This document shows, piece by piece, positions 40,601-51,919 of a DNA stretch of 64,000 bases. Origin of the DNA: Botryllus schlosseri (Eukaryota). Numbering within the stretch: position 1 is the stretch's first letter; every line of letters starts with the position of its first letter. Where the stretch lies: assembly GCA_051294905.1 (NCBI GenBank), contig CM119373.1, positions 9,672,001 through 9,736,000 on the forward strand, given 5' to 3'. Made by a program: the position numbers and the translations under genes. The notes beneath the pieces are model-generated. The model worked only from the letters and a program-made list of their open reading frames with translations. It was not told the origin of the DNA and did no database searches.

Positions 40601-43600
40601 TCAAGAGAAGCATTGTTGTGATTACTTTGATTCGACATTTGTTAATTCGTTCCCGTTAAAGTATACGCTACTCGTACGCAAACAGAGAGGGCTCTTTAGG
40701 CCTACCGTGTCACACAAAGTAAGCGTATCCTTGACATGTGCGGGCGGAGAATATATATCTTCGTTGCAAGGTGGCCACGATCAAACTTCCATGCAAAGTC
40801 AATCGCGTTTACAAGTCACGACTAGACGAGCATTAACTCATAACATCTAAGTAAGCACTCATGATAATATTTAGCTTTCTATATTCGATCTGTCATCACT
40901 AGGATTATACTTCGCTCTGGTATTTATTAACATAGCAGTTCAAATACGCCACGGAAAACTTTTCTTTGGACTTTAATCCTAATGGATGCGATTGGTAGGA
41001 GATATATGTCGTTTTCAATGTTTATTTCGCCGAAATATCAACTCCAAGTGCCTTAACAAATGAGCTTCGAGGATGCAAACATAACGACAATGACCCCCCC
41101 CCCCAATTCAGTGACGTAGAAGCTCTGCGTTGTACGCTTCAGTGACTATGTTTTTAGGAAAATAACAGTAATTTTCAAATTCTGAGTTTCAGGCGTCAGT
41201 GAAAATTGTTTGGAAGCTATCTTCAAGTTTAAACTTTTCTGATTTTTTAATATAACACGTTTCGGTTGCCAGATCAACAAGAAAAATCACAGCAACAAAC
41301 ATATATTAATGGCACAGCATGATAGCAGTCACAGCAGAGATTGAAATGAGATATACATTGAAAATGTGTGTTCAAGTTCAAGCCCCACACGTTGCACTCC
41401 GCGGGTAATTAGGACCGTATGCAGTGAGTGTCACAACACCATGCAGAAAGCCGAATCGTAGAACGGGTGACATGGTGACATTGACTTATGGCACATATCA
41501 ACAGAAATTCTCATTTCAAGTCCGGTACTACTGAAGCGCGGCTACATTGCTAAGCCTTCATCATGCCCATCTTACTCTGCCATGCTGTAATATCTCCTCG
41601 TATTCCCGAGATTCCATAAAATCAGTCGGGGTGCAGTCCATATAGATACCAGATTTTGGATTTATACGCCATGTTCCGTTCGTATCACAAAATCTTTTGA
41701 CGAATTCTACATTATGTATATGAGATTATCTTGGGCAATATCGCATTGAAGTACACTGCTAAATAATAAAATAGGTATCGCCCCTCTACCATCAATAGCG
41801 AAATATCTTGCATAATGTAATCAACCCCGTCGTAGATTCATAGACACGACTTTATTTCCAAAATAATGATAAAATATTGACTACACTTGACTTGTGATAG
41901 ATCGTTCCGACTTCCGCGCATTTTAGTTGTGATACCAAGATTGTTGTTTGTTATGTTGTTCGTGAAACGTTAAAAGCCTACGCTATTTCGTCAGGTGGCA
42001 TATAGTATGCACCTATTACCTAGTCACATATGAGCGTTTGCACGTGTTTGTGGTTTAGCGATAGATTTCTGATACATGATTTGTGACCATAGGCAACACC
42101 CGTCTGATTCACCCCTAGACTAGCTCGGTTCGTAGAGAGAGTGAGATACTAAGTATGTCGTGACTACCGTATTTGAATCAAGGCGCATATTTCGTGACTA
42201 TTTTCGTAACGACAATGCGCAAGCGTATGCAACAGTCTGTCAATTTAATCATACAGGCAATACATTACGGACAACTCCTATCCAATACCTTGACTCTAGT
42301 TTGAGCGGGAAATATGGGATAATGGTCTACCTGAGTCTACCTGATAATGTAAGCAAAACAGCTGGGCTGTCAAAGCTAAATTCGTAAATTTAGACAATGC
42401 AATTCATACGTGGTTGCATAGAACATATCAAAGGTATATGTGTAGGTTTTGATCACTTAGTTCCAAGAGACCATTTTACATTGAACCTATATGTGGCATT
42501 CCCATATGATTAGTGCTGTAAGAGTTTAGATTAAATCGTTTATCATAATTATTTACATTTCGTTATAAATTTTTACACTGTTTTTTAGGTTAAACGACTA
42601 TATGTGGTTAGTTAGGAGGGAAGTTCATGCGCACTTACCGTCGTGGTTAAAATCTGCGACGTACTGCGGGCAACCAATTGAAACCGGTCCAGGAGGGCTC
42701 TGAGGCCAGCAGAGTATATTGTCCCATTCCGCCGGACAATAGACTTCCAGCGGCTCGCCTAAAATAATTGACAACAGGAATTCAAAAGGGCTGGCAGCTC
42801 GTAATAATAGGAACAGCGCTCGCTGAAGGTACATTGACTTTTGTCAAATGATCTTTTTCTAGACAATTTCGACTTGAAATTGCATAAAATAGCGAAAAAT
42901 TCTAGGTAGGTATTCTGTTGGAGCCAGATATTGGTATGAACCGCAGTACCGGTACCTGGCATATATTTTCTTAGGAGTATAACGTCCGATATCTATGTTA
43001 TTTCTATGCCAATCATCATTATTCAAGTTACACAGGCGAGTGGTTTCAGTCGGTCACGCACATTGATTCGCGTGTATGTCCGGCCCCAAACCCACCCACA
43101 ATTTCAACAACGTATCGAGTTTGGCCCGCAGTAGAGTCGGGCTCTCGTAAGATAGGAAAACTATTATCAGCGGTCAGCGCCATTTGCATCCCCAGTTCCG
43201 AGAGACAATTTTCACCATAAATCCGTGAAAGATGAGCAAACGTTTCACGATATATGCATAAATTCGTTCGGCATCACAGTTGAAACAGCAAGCTCGTGAG
43301 AGCACATGTCACTAGCAATTAACGACGTTCGTTTGACAATAAAAAAGCATAGAGGATGGCGCCAGCGTAACGAACGGTATATACAAATACAAATACTCTT
43401 ATTTTCACGAATAGGAAATGACCGTTCCGCAATGCCAACCATTCAACTGTTCGTAACGTAGAACGATACACCGGACGAAGCCTGGTCCATTTTTCATATT
43501 GCGGTATGGTATGGCATGATATGAAACTACGGTATAGTATGGAACGATATTTCACTATGAAATATGGAAATGTACAAATATGGTATGGTATGGAAATTTC

Positions 43601-45509
43601 CCAAGTATGGTATGGAATCGTTTTCCATACTTCCCTACTTTCCCATACTTTGACAGTTTTGACAGAAACATGACAATGACCCTACTTTCGATTTGTCAAA
43701 TTGATTGCATACCTCAGAAAATCACTCACTGTCAATAACGATTGTTCGGTTTATTATAAATTTTATCAGCTCAACACACCACAAAAATTGCGAAGCAATG
43801 AAAAGGGAAGGTGTCGAAACGACGTGGAGTAATCTTTGAAATCAGACACCCACATTGGCCTGGGCGATGTAAAGAGGAGGCATGCGCATTGCACATGCAC
43901 ACTGAATGAAAAGTAAAAGAGGATAATATAGAAAAGCAGGTGACAAAAATGAGGTGGCATGTCACGGAAGGCGAGATCGATAGGTCAGGTTGTGGTCCGG
44001 TAATCTTGAGGACCGACCATTATTCATTTAGTAGAAATTGCTTGTATTTCGACCGGAATGTGGACGTGGACAATTGGACATGCTCGTTGACTGTCGGATA
44101 GCCGACGGGATACTGTTCCACACGTCAGGCCCGGCATATTTGATAGATGATCTTTTCGGTCGATCATATGATAATTGGACGACGGGGACGCGCGTTTGTC
44201 GTACTTGTGCGCTTTTGATTCCGAGGTAAAGAAGTCATTGAAATATTCGGGGCAATAACCAGAGGGAACGGATACATAACCTTGTCAATTTCTAGTTTCC
44301 GCATATCTTTTATGTTTAGGACACCGAATATCTTCAGCAGCGACTTTTTGGATGGACAATCAGGCCCCTTTGGAGCCTTAGCTATGATATGGAGTACATC
44401 ACGTTGTAGCTTTTGCAGTGGCTCGATTGCAGTTTTACTGGCAGCCCCGGAGGATGACATATTGTAATTTCGAATGGATTAAGGATTTAAAAAGTATCAG
44501 AAGAACCAAGGCTGGCATGCAGCGTCTAATGCCGTAGAACAGGCCACACTTCGGTGATAATATAGTGTCCAGTGACTGAATATGACTGTTTCAGGACATG
44601 TCCGAGTCAAGTAAAACCCCGAGGTATTTGGCATTTTTCGTGTTTGAAATGGACTGACCAGCGATGTCGTCGTTTTTTTAAAATTTACTGTCACCTATTG
44701 GGATTTCGAGGCCTTTATGCAAAGGTTATTTTGGGCCGTCCATTCATGCACTTTGAGAATTTGGTCACTAGTGAGGGCATCCACCGTTGCTGTCGAAGAT
44801 GTGGAAGATAGGAGGTGATTATCATCAGCGAACAGTATGGTGCTCAATGGGGAGATTGCAAAAATGTCGTTGACATATAAAGTGAAGAGGACCGGGCCAA
44901 GTACTGAGCCTTGGGATACGTCACATGTAACAAGAGTTGTAATGACTCGAGTCATGAGTCTACTAATTTTCTGATGACTCTGTACGACTGTGGTTGTTGC
45001 TGTGGTTGCTAAGTATATTGGTAGTCCATGGGTGCCGTAAGCCATAAAAGTGGAGAACCACCGCGCTAGTGTGCGGCGAAGTATTTGTCATTTTCAAAGG
45101 GTGCCGCGGGGTCAAAAAGGTTGAGAACCTCTGCACCAACTATTTGGAATATCGGTGTTGAAGTAACATGTGTCGGGCCCATGACATGAGTTTTGTGACA
45201 AACCGCCCAAGTCATGTATGTCAAAGCATACTAATTCATTGCGTAACGTGTGCGCGAAAGAACGCACAATTGACGTTATCATGAGACTAAGACGATGACA
45301 TTGACACTGTATAGTTAACATGTCCGGGCATGATTATATTAAAAGTTCCCTTGACTGAATTTTTAAACTATTTGAATGTTTGCATTGCAGTACTCACCAT
45401 CGTCGCCAGTTGGAACCGGGGCGTTCATCGTAGTCCTACGGCATTCCTCCTTGGCTTTAAATAACGCCTGGATCAATTCTTCCTGTCCGATATGCGAACT
45501 CCCCGCCAT
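8641..45509 (-). CDS. PTH1R-like: PTH/PTHrP receptor-like class B1 (secretin family) GPCR, 14 coding exons, 610 aa; probable invertebrate co-ortholog of PTH1R/PTH2R/PTH3R
   Basis: Manual join of 45509-45398, 42758-42639, 37085-36946, 35955-35861, 28251-28056, 26783-26630, 23491-23431, 22462-22396, 19563-19466, 18914-18773, 15382-15341, 11684-11550, 11191-11060, 8979-8641 = 1833 nt. All introns are GT-AG with matching phases. Shows six ECD cysteines, [37 protein letters not shown] and [20 protein letters not shown]. The long ECL1 and TM7 string are PTHR-like. Confidence 0.93.
9862..10726. mobile_element. hAT element of the TAGGGCGATT family (opposite orientation to 60117-61323), in the last receptor intron
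   Basis: Ends TAGGGCGATTTTT ... AAAATCGCCCCA; TSD CTTATGAG/CTTATGAC (7/8). Confidence 0.85.
11060..11191 (-). CDS. PTH1R-like: PTHR-like exon 13 (Ser-rich tail): [44 protein letters not shown]
   Basis: atgtttcag| and CAG|gtgcga; 132 nt, phase 0-0, open, GC-richer than flanks. No family motif, so less certain. Confidence 0.7.
11550..11684 (-). CDS. PTH1R-like: PTHR-like exon 12 (helix 8, proximal tail): [45 protein letters not shown]
   Basis: ccttctcag| and |gtatga; 135 nt, phase 0-0; VQxE-x-K-x-x-W-x-R helix-8 motif. Confidence 0.92.
13149..13707. mobile_element. hAT MITE of the GACTCGA-repeat family
   Basis: TIR CAGGGT(C/T)GTAA; TSD GAATGGGC/TAATGGGC (7/8). Confidence 0.88.
15341..15382 (-). 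CDS. PTH1R-like: PTHR-like exon 11 (TM7): [14 protein letters not shown]
   Basis: tttattttag| and |gtaagg; 42 nt; peptide identical to the human PTH1R string as I recall it. Confidence 0.96.
18773..18914 (-). CDS. PTH1R-like: PTHR-like exon 10 (TM6, ECL3, TM7 start): [47 protein letters not shown]
   Basis: gttacag| and |gttagt; 142 nt. Confidence 0.95.
19466..19563 (-). CDS. PTH1R-like: PTHR-like exon 9 (TM5, ICL3): [33 protein letters not shown]
   Basis: tttttcag| acceptor. Donor is AG|gtacag, or an alternative AG|gtagtg 6 nt downstream (exon end 19460). Confidence 0.93.
19803..20141. mobile_element. Small TIR element of uncertain superfamily
   Basis: CAGAGTG...CACTCTG ends plus an internal 30-bp inverted repeat (ATGACTTTGGTACATTTG...GATC); possible 7-bp TSD GTAGCGC/GTAGCAC. 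Confidence 0.55.
21291..21910. mobile_element. hAT element of the TAGGGCGATT family
   Basis: Ends TAGGGCGATT ... AATGTCCCTA; TSD ATGATAAT/GTGATAAT (7/8); homologous to 60117-61323. Confidence 0.85.
21919..21941. repeat. Interrupted (TA)n microsatellite
   Basis: Read directly. Confidence 0.85.
22396..22462 (-). CDS. PTH1R-like: PTHR-like exon 8 (ECL2, start of TM5): [22 protein letters not shown]
   Basis: tttctttcag| and |gtaaat; 67 nt; CWD...KWI...PI motif. Confidence 0.94.
23431..23491 (-). CDS. PTH1R-like: PTHR-like exon 7 (TM4): [20 protein letters not shown]
   Basis: ttcctcag| and |gtaagt; 61 nt, phase 1-2; WG-x-P...W-x-x-VRAT motif. Confidence 0.94.
24649..25974. mobile_element. Tc1/mariner superfamily (pogo/Fot1-like) deletion derivative, 1326 bp
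   Basis: Perfect 27-bp TIR GGGGAGAGTGGGTAGGTATGGGCCACT; TA TSD; GTATGGGCC subterminal repeats. Confidence 0.9.
25149..25422 (-). pseudogene. Remnant of a pogo-type transposase DNA-binding region (psq-HTH plus CENP-B-HTH-like)
   Basis: [13 protein letters not shown] / [20 protein letters not shown] / [27 protein letters not shown] across a stop and frameshifts. Confidence 0.7.
26630..26783 (-). CDS. PTH1R-like: PTHR-like exon 6 (TM3, ICL2)
   Basis: [51 protein letters not shown]; ttgttaag| and |gtgagt; 154 nt. Confidence 0.96.
28056..28251 (-). CDS. PTH1R-like: PTHR-like exon 5 (ICL1, TM2, long ECL1)
   Basis: [31 protein letters not shown]; ttattacag| and |gtaagg; 196 nt. Confidence 0.96.
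28593..28637. repeat. (AG)22 microsatellite
   Basis: Read directly. Confidence 0.97.
29782..30344. mobile_element. Old hAT-like MITE with TTTAAAAC repeats
   Basis: Imperfect TIR TAGGGTT(GC/AA)ATTTAAAACAA; TSD not recognisable. Confidence 0.55.
31924..32490. mobile_element. hAT Charlie-like element; a second partial copy starts at 26993
   Basis: TIR CAGGG(G/A)CGGGCAAC; internal homology with about 26993-27400; no clear TSD. Confidence 0.7.
33951..34235. mobile_element. hAT Charlie/Buster-like MITE (285 bp), inserted just after a B-box-like GGGTTCAATCCC
   Basis: Perfect 16-bp TIR CAGAGGTTCTCAACCT; exact TSD ATTTAGAC. Confidence 0.92.
35861..35955 (-). CDS. PTH1R-like: PTHR-like exon 4 (TM1): [32 protein letters not shown]
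   Basis: YTVGY...ILAYFR; ttttgcag| and |gtgagt; 95 nt. Not in the ORF track. Confidence 0.95.
36946..37085 (-). CDS. PTH1R-like: PTHR-like exon 3 (end of ECD): [47 protein letters not shown]
   Basis: RxC-x-x-x-G-x-W...NxTW-x-x-Y-x-x-C motif; tgtatag| and |gtgagt; 140 nt, phase 1-0. Confidence 0.93.
37925..38052 (-). mobile_element. Partial, older copy of the same SINE (receptor intron)
   Basis: CCGACTTGTAGCACGGCCCACTTCTAG matches the SINE body in reverse. Confidence 0.65.
38890..39327. mobile_element. hAT MITE of the TAGGGCAAG / AAGTTGCA-repeat family
   Basis: TIR TAGGGCAA; exact TSD GTAATAAC. Confidence 0.9.
42639..42758 (-). CDS. PTH1R-like: PTHR-like exon 2 (hormone-binding domain): [39 protein letters not shown]
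   Basis: C-x-x-x-WD-x-x-x-CWP...CP-x-Y-x-x-DFNH motif; ttattttag| and |gtaagt; 120 nt, phase 1-1. Confidence 0.95.
43495..43650. repeat. TATGG/CCATA pentamer array, probably the subterminal region of an old hAT element
   Basis: Multiple GGTATGG units followed by inverted CCATAC units. Confidence 0.6.
44164..44935 (-). pseudogene. Decayed non-LTR retrotransposon reverse transcriptase (CR1/L2 group), 5'-truncated, in receptor intron 1
   Basis: [37 protein letters not shown] and [11 protein letters not shown] motifs, broken by stops and frameshifts. Confidence 0.92.
45398..45509 (-). CDS. PTH1R-like: PTHR-like coding exon 1 (ECD alpha-helix, first Cys): [37 protein letters not shown]
   Basis: [14 protein letters not shown] resembles human PTH1R EEQIFLLHRAQAQC. 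Start context caacATGG, donor G|gtgagt (phase 1), upstream acceptor ctctcttaccag| at 45549. Confidence 0.85.
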
Positions 45510-46527
45510 GTTGGGAGTTTATCAAAATATTGCTACAGATTTCTTATTCCTGGTAAGAGAGGCGAGCGCCGGTTAACAACGTTGGAAATAGCGGATTTTA
45601 TCGGATTTCCTGCGGATTGGCCTGCCAAACACTTTAATGATTCACATCAACGTCGTTAATATTGCTTTGCTGTGGACTCTCGCCAATGAGTAACTCAAAG
45701 CGCATCAACTGTAATATCGAGCAATAATGTACACTTTAAATCATTCGTACATCGCTGCAGCTAAACCTGACTATACGCAGGTACATGTAATTGTACATGT
45801 ACTGTACAGTTTATAAAGTCGGTATGATACCGGTATCAAATCAGCATCATGCAACGTGACCGCCGGGTTTATAGAAAAACAGCCGCCGCGTGTTGAGGCT
45901 CCTACGCCCGGGAAATCAAGGTCGGAATACCGACGTATACAAACACTGATTTGAAGCCTTCGCCAGTCGCCACACCTCCACCAGTACATGTTATTACAGC
46001 TGATAACAATGTAAAGCTTTATACTTCGCCGTTGATTCATCGAATACAATCGAACATGACCCCTAATTCAAGAATTCGACCGTCATATTCCGTATGTAAC
46101 GACTACGACTCACGTTGCCGATGTGAACTGATGCGACCGTTCTGACAACGTACCATTGACGGAACGCGCCGAGAGCCCACAAGCTGAGTGGTTTGCGCAT
46201 TTTTTTCTATAGGTACTTGGTTCGCAGTTGTCTAATGTATGTCGCATTTGAAAAAAAATGTTATCTGCTGGATGGATATGATACACACTCAGATATATAT
46301 TTATGTATAAACAATCTGACCTTTCGGTGAATATGATTTGACGCTACGAACTATGCGCAGATTATTCTGCGTCCGCTGTTCACATACTGTAACAAAACAT
46401 ATTTTGCCGACGCAAAAGATGAGATGAGATGAGTTGAGATAGTACTGTCTATATTTATAATTTTTATATTATTGCGGTAATTATGATTCCCGGAAATATC
46501 ATGTTCTACTATTACGTGCACGCTTAC

Positions 46528-46718
46528 GAATGAAGACACGCGGCACTATAGATCTGTAACTGTTTATACCAAATAACATGACCATAGATGTAATTATCAG
46601 ATAGCACTGACTGTGAGTAAACTTGCTGCTGTTGTGGTCTGCAGCCCACTGTGCACTGCCTGATCAGATGAGTGCGGTGTGTGATGTGAAGTATTGTTTT
46701 AATCGAGAGCAGCGGCAA
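46528..46718 (-). other. Candidate non-coding 5' exon of the receptor gene
   Basis: cgcctttttag| acceptor and TTC|gtaagc donor, 191 nt; no homology support. Confidence 0.3.
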
Positions 46719-48312
46719 CTAAAAAGGCGCATTTTTCTTGGAATGAATTGTCACATGAACAAATACCTATTCCAGCACTGAGCGCTGAACACGGGAATAC
46801 CGCATCTCAGCTCCATAGGTTGGTAGTCAGAGACCATACGACAGTAATAGCTTTATAGATATTGGCTAACAGCACGCGTTCTATCTTTTCTAAATCTCAT
46901 TATACTTCAAAGATGTCTGCGCATGCGCAGGTATTGTTGATAGATGCCGCATTCTTATGAGCCGATGACTCGCAGTCTGCTAAGGCCATTTATTTGATGA
47001 TTCAGACGCAATAAGTTAATTGTACTCGCTAAGATATTACTATCAACAAAACATATATCGCCCCGAGTAGTCAAACTTTGTGATCGCTAGCTGCCAGTAA
47101 ACAAATATCCAAACGGTGCCCTTTTTCTCGTAGGCCTTCCACCTTCCAGGATTAGCAAAATAATCCCGATTGAGCACTTAACTACACTATAGATTTGGTA
47201 CCTTACTATATTATCCGACGTCAGCAAAGTACATAAAAATCAACCGATGTTATCGGAGAGTTAGACGAATATTGATACAATATCTACGTGCCTGCGGGGT
47301 GCTATTCCAATATAAAATTCAATCGAAAAGTGTACGTGACGCGAAAATACTGAATCAAAAATACGCGTGGAGAAAGTGCCTTTGATGATTGGGGCGGTTT
47401 ATATAAATAAAGGCAGAATACCGAATACCAAAACAAAGTTTAATGGATTGAACTGTTTTTGTTCAGTTGGCGACACTGATTAACTCGATTCCATCGACTA
47501 GCTGTGGTTTGATATCATCGATTAGCGATTTGATATCATTTTGGCACAATAATCTTCCAACGCCAGCTGAGAAAATGGTATTGAGGTTACCGCGATGGCG
47601 AAACATGTTACGCACTTACGCGACTAGAAAATTCTAGTTGTATCATTATACTAATCAGCATGAAATGCCGATAATATAATTCTGGGAATGTTTCGTGCCC
47701 TAATTTCAATTCTAATCTAATTTCTGACGGTTTCCCGTAAGTTTTACAGGAGTACTGTGCAGTGCGTAATAACGAGCCAAGCTTGATGTACAAACAGTTG
47801 CCGCTATATACTGTTATGAGAAAGAATCCCTGATATGATACGATCTAAACTTGTTTTTTGTTGTTTCTTTGGAATTCGGAATTTATTCCAGCTCCCATAG
47901 ATTTTCGAATTCAGTAATTTCTTTCTCAACATTTCTGTCATATAGTGCAGGGCTTACCCACCTTTTTCAGAACCATCCGCACTTTTATGTTTGCGAAAAT
48001 GTTATCCGCACAAACCAACCAATACTTATTATGCAATAAGAAAATAAACTAGTGGTTACCGGTTCATTAGAGAGTCGGTTGTTACTGAATACTTCTGGTT
48101 ATTTCAGACCAGTTACCTTCCGCATAACCTCCGACTCCAATAGAGCGAACATTAATTAAAGATATATTAAAAGCTGCGATTAGCGCTGCGTCGGAAGTCC
48201 AACAAGTTTATACAAACGCGTCGCAACGACAGGAGTTATGGAGCGACTGTACTCAATATCATAGAAAGTCTGTTTTAATTATTCTACGTCACACCAAGTG
48301 AATGATATAGAC

Positions 48313-49042
48313 CAGGGGTGGGCAGACCCGCTTTATGCGCGAGGCGCATATCAAAAATGTTAGCTTTGGAAGAGCCACAAAAAAAAAATCAAAAATACGA
48401 CGTCACAATGCAATATTGGCTATTGAATAAACTTTATTACTGTGGGTGATATGGGCTGCTGGTGAGACGGCTCCACCTAGGGTGCAAGGTGTTTGAAATC
48501 AGGCTGATATGACGTCAAAGCAGTGCGGAGCAGTTCCTTCAAGTGCTGGCGAGAACTTAAGGAAGATTTCAGCTCGGTAATCTTCACGACATTGTCTTAG
48601 CCAAACTCCGCAGTTATTTCTAGCTTTTACAATACAAATGGAAGAGCCGTACTCGCCAATGGCAGCCCGGAAATGATTGTGATCTGCGCTGGCGTAATTA
48701 AATATCAAGTTCATTGTTGAACACAATGATTTATCATTGATTGATTACCACTGACCAGGCATCCATTATCGTTGCGGGTGAAACATTTGTGAACTCGATT
48801 CGAGAGATCAATTGCAAATTTTTAACCCTGTAGTACCACCTCCCCTAATATGTACAAGTCCATAAGGAAAAAAACAACATGAAAACAATATGCATATTGT
48901 TAATACGCGATAAAGTACTTGAATTTGGAATCAGGTTAAACCTTTAGCAAAATGGCAAAACGCATGTGCAATCACTAAAGACCCGCCATTAAAGGCTGAA
49001 AGAGCCGCATGCGGCTCGCGAGCCGCAGTTTGCCCAACCCTG
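48313..49042. mobile_element. hAT Charlie/Buster-like non-autonomous element (730 bp), about 2.8 kb upstream of the receptor ATG
   Basis: TIR CAGGG(G/T)TGGGCA; exact TSD ATATAGAC. Confidence 0.9.
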
Positions 49043-51919
49043 ATATAGACGATATTTATCCGCACCACGGCTTTCTATCCGCACAGGTGCGTACCATCCC
49101 ACTGGTTGAAAAACCCGCATATTTTACTTCATGTGAACTGCGGGAATATTTTTTCAATGAATCCATGAAACATTGTCGATTATTTATTATCATGCCGGTA
49201 TGTCCTTTATTTTAATTTGTCCATATCGATGTTTTGTCTACGGAATGTCAGCCGTAGTAGTGTCCGTTCACCGCCTCTAATTTGCTCCTTGTAGCAATTC
49301 GTTTGGATGCCGTTGATCTCGACAATATATTACTGTCCCTCACATCAGCTACCAAACTGAGAACGCGGTGGACCTATTCCAGCCAGATATACTGTGTAAA
49401 AGTTTAAAATGCTATGAGACTATATATAAGTTCGAGAATCACTGCGTGTCATATGAAGCCGATGCGGTAGCGGGATGTTAAACTCTATCTGCGTGACGTA
49501 TTACAGTTCAACGTATGTAGACCGCAAATACATTTACATCCAGAAAGAAACATACAGTAGTCGGTCAACATTGTAACTACATGTCACATGATTCAAAATG
49601 CACTACAAACTAACGTATACTCGATATAATCCAATAACTTTCGGCGAGACAGACAGATTAGCACTCTGGAATCAATGCTGTATTCGTGAGCTGCTGGGAT
49701 TTTCTTTGTCCATGCTATGATTTGAGTCAGTCGCCAATCTCTGATTATATTATTGCACACAACATTACACGGAACACATTGATTCCATACCTTTCCGATA
49801 GACAAGTTATTCGAGTATCCGCCTCCGAAGCAATATATTAGCGATTAATATTGACGGAGACAGGCAAAAGTCACAAAAACTAATATCTAGGCTAGACTTT
49901 TCCACGCCGCGCACGCCTATGAAAAGATATCTTTCTCGCAAAATCAATAAAATGGAACATGATTTAAATATAGAGTAAACGAATATAGCATCCGCTTTGT
50001 ATCTGACTTAACCCATTCGTAATCCCAGTTATTCAATTTTTGGAATATCAAAACACCTCCCAGAACGGCGGTATCTTTCTGTATGAATATTTACAATGCT
50101 TCATGAAAGATAGGTATATCGAACGAGGTTAAAACCTATCGTCTGTCTAACAGCGATTTTGTAGCGCTATGTAACTCCTTCGTACCGTTATAATTAGGGA
50201 TGGTGTGAACGTGAGGTTCACGTTCGCGTTCTGTGTGTGAACCTCGGAAATTTAGAGGTTCGCGTTCACAACAGAACCTTGGTAGGTTCTGCACTGTGAA
50301 CCTTTTTCATATATTACAATTTTCACTTCATTATAACATATTTGGTTCTTATTAATTGCATTTCAACTGCGGGCCACTCTATGCATGGCGCTGGCAGCAT
50401 TAAAAATTAACGCTATAAACGAGCATGCACCTTGACAATCTCAAAAGTTTTACTTGCTTTGTAACAAATGTTTGCTCGAAATATTCAGCTTTCCGTTTGT
50501 GAATATTTAGTGTCTCTCTGCTGTGAGTTTGACTTGCGATCACACAACATCACGAGCGAAATACGTAGTCAGCGAATGATGCTTATATTCAACCAATCAA
50601 TGAGATTGATATCGTTTTCTGATGCAAAAAAGCTAGCAGGGGTACGGGGCAATCTTGACTTCATATCTTTACTGCATCACGAGAACCAAATCCTTGTGAT
50701 TGAGGTGTTGTCTACTGCTGTAAAACTTGTTAATGGGGTAATATCGGTAGCAAGTTTAGAAACCAGTTTTACACTCTGCTCAATATCAATGTAGCGATAG
50801 GCTACTCAGACGCCGAATACATTGTCCGGTCTGGCCTAGACCGTTAAGGCGTAAGCTTATATTCCCTGTTAAGTCCTCGACGAAATTGTTGGCAAAGCGA
50901 CGGAAGATATTGATCTAATAGGAGTATTATATCCTTTGATTGCCTCAGTTGAAACATTTAGTGACGTTTAAAACGCCAACATGTACTTCTGCATTGTGAC
51001 ATGATGTGGCCCGAGTCGTCGCTACACTGTAAATCTAAAAGGTGGAAAAAATGGTAGGAAAATGGAGGAAGATACTTTCTCCCCATTTATCCACCGTATC
51101 TCCACCACATATGGAGGAATTGAGAGGGTGGCAAGAGGGAGGAATGAATAGTCTACCATATTTGGTGGAAAACTGTTATTGACATGGTGGAAATCAGAAA
51201 TGACTGTTCGCAAACTGTCGTATTGCCCAATTAAGACATAACAGTCGATACTGGCTCATAGTTAATAACGTCATCAGACACGAATTTGGAGTCGAGTGTT
51301 GTTTTTCACTCAATATAAAGTCATAGTCGCATGCATTTTGGAATATTGATAAAATATTAAACAGTTTTATTCAAGTGGTTTAGCCAGTAGAGGGATTAGT
51401 AAATTTGAAAATGTCTGACTGCTATAATGGATTGTGATAATTATTTCAAGATCCTGCACGACCGTAGCATAACCAAAACGTATATTATTATTGCCAATAT
51501 TCTCACCAATGAACCGTGACCGGCGGTAATTCAGCATCCGGGACTCTGACAATTTGCTATTTCGAATATACGGGGAAGCGCTCTCCGTCGTCAGTCAGTC
51601 AGTCGACAGAAAAAGATATCTATATTCATTGATTTTGAGTTAATCACAGTTATGATTATTGTTGAGTGTAGTTCATAAGTTGTGTCATCTGCTTAATCGA
51701 GTTCTTATGAAGTACCGGTATCGCTCGTGACTAAGAATACAATGAACTTGCAATAAGCAGTTTGCAGTACCTGAGAGATGAGAATGATGCATCTGATGAC
51801 CCGATACTGTTTTTCTGCTGATATCTTGTTTGGTGGGAAGGTAATTCAAGTAACCCAACGGGTGATTATAATGCAAGAAATTATCTAGGAAGAATACATT
51901 TTCATATTCATGTATACTA

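Noticed and set aside
47620-47793. Signal-peptide exon for the receptor (..MLISIMIQLEFSSR|gtaagt, phase 0)
   Set aside because: Splicing to the 45549 acceptor gives GAA TAA (stop). The only in-frame alternative AG has no pyrimidine tract, and the peptide lacks a proper hydrophobic core. Kept only as a possible UTR exon.
50310-51020. hAT transposase remnant inside hAT-A
   Set aside because: Only vague resemblance to the dimerisation domain across several stops; no convincing motif.
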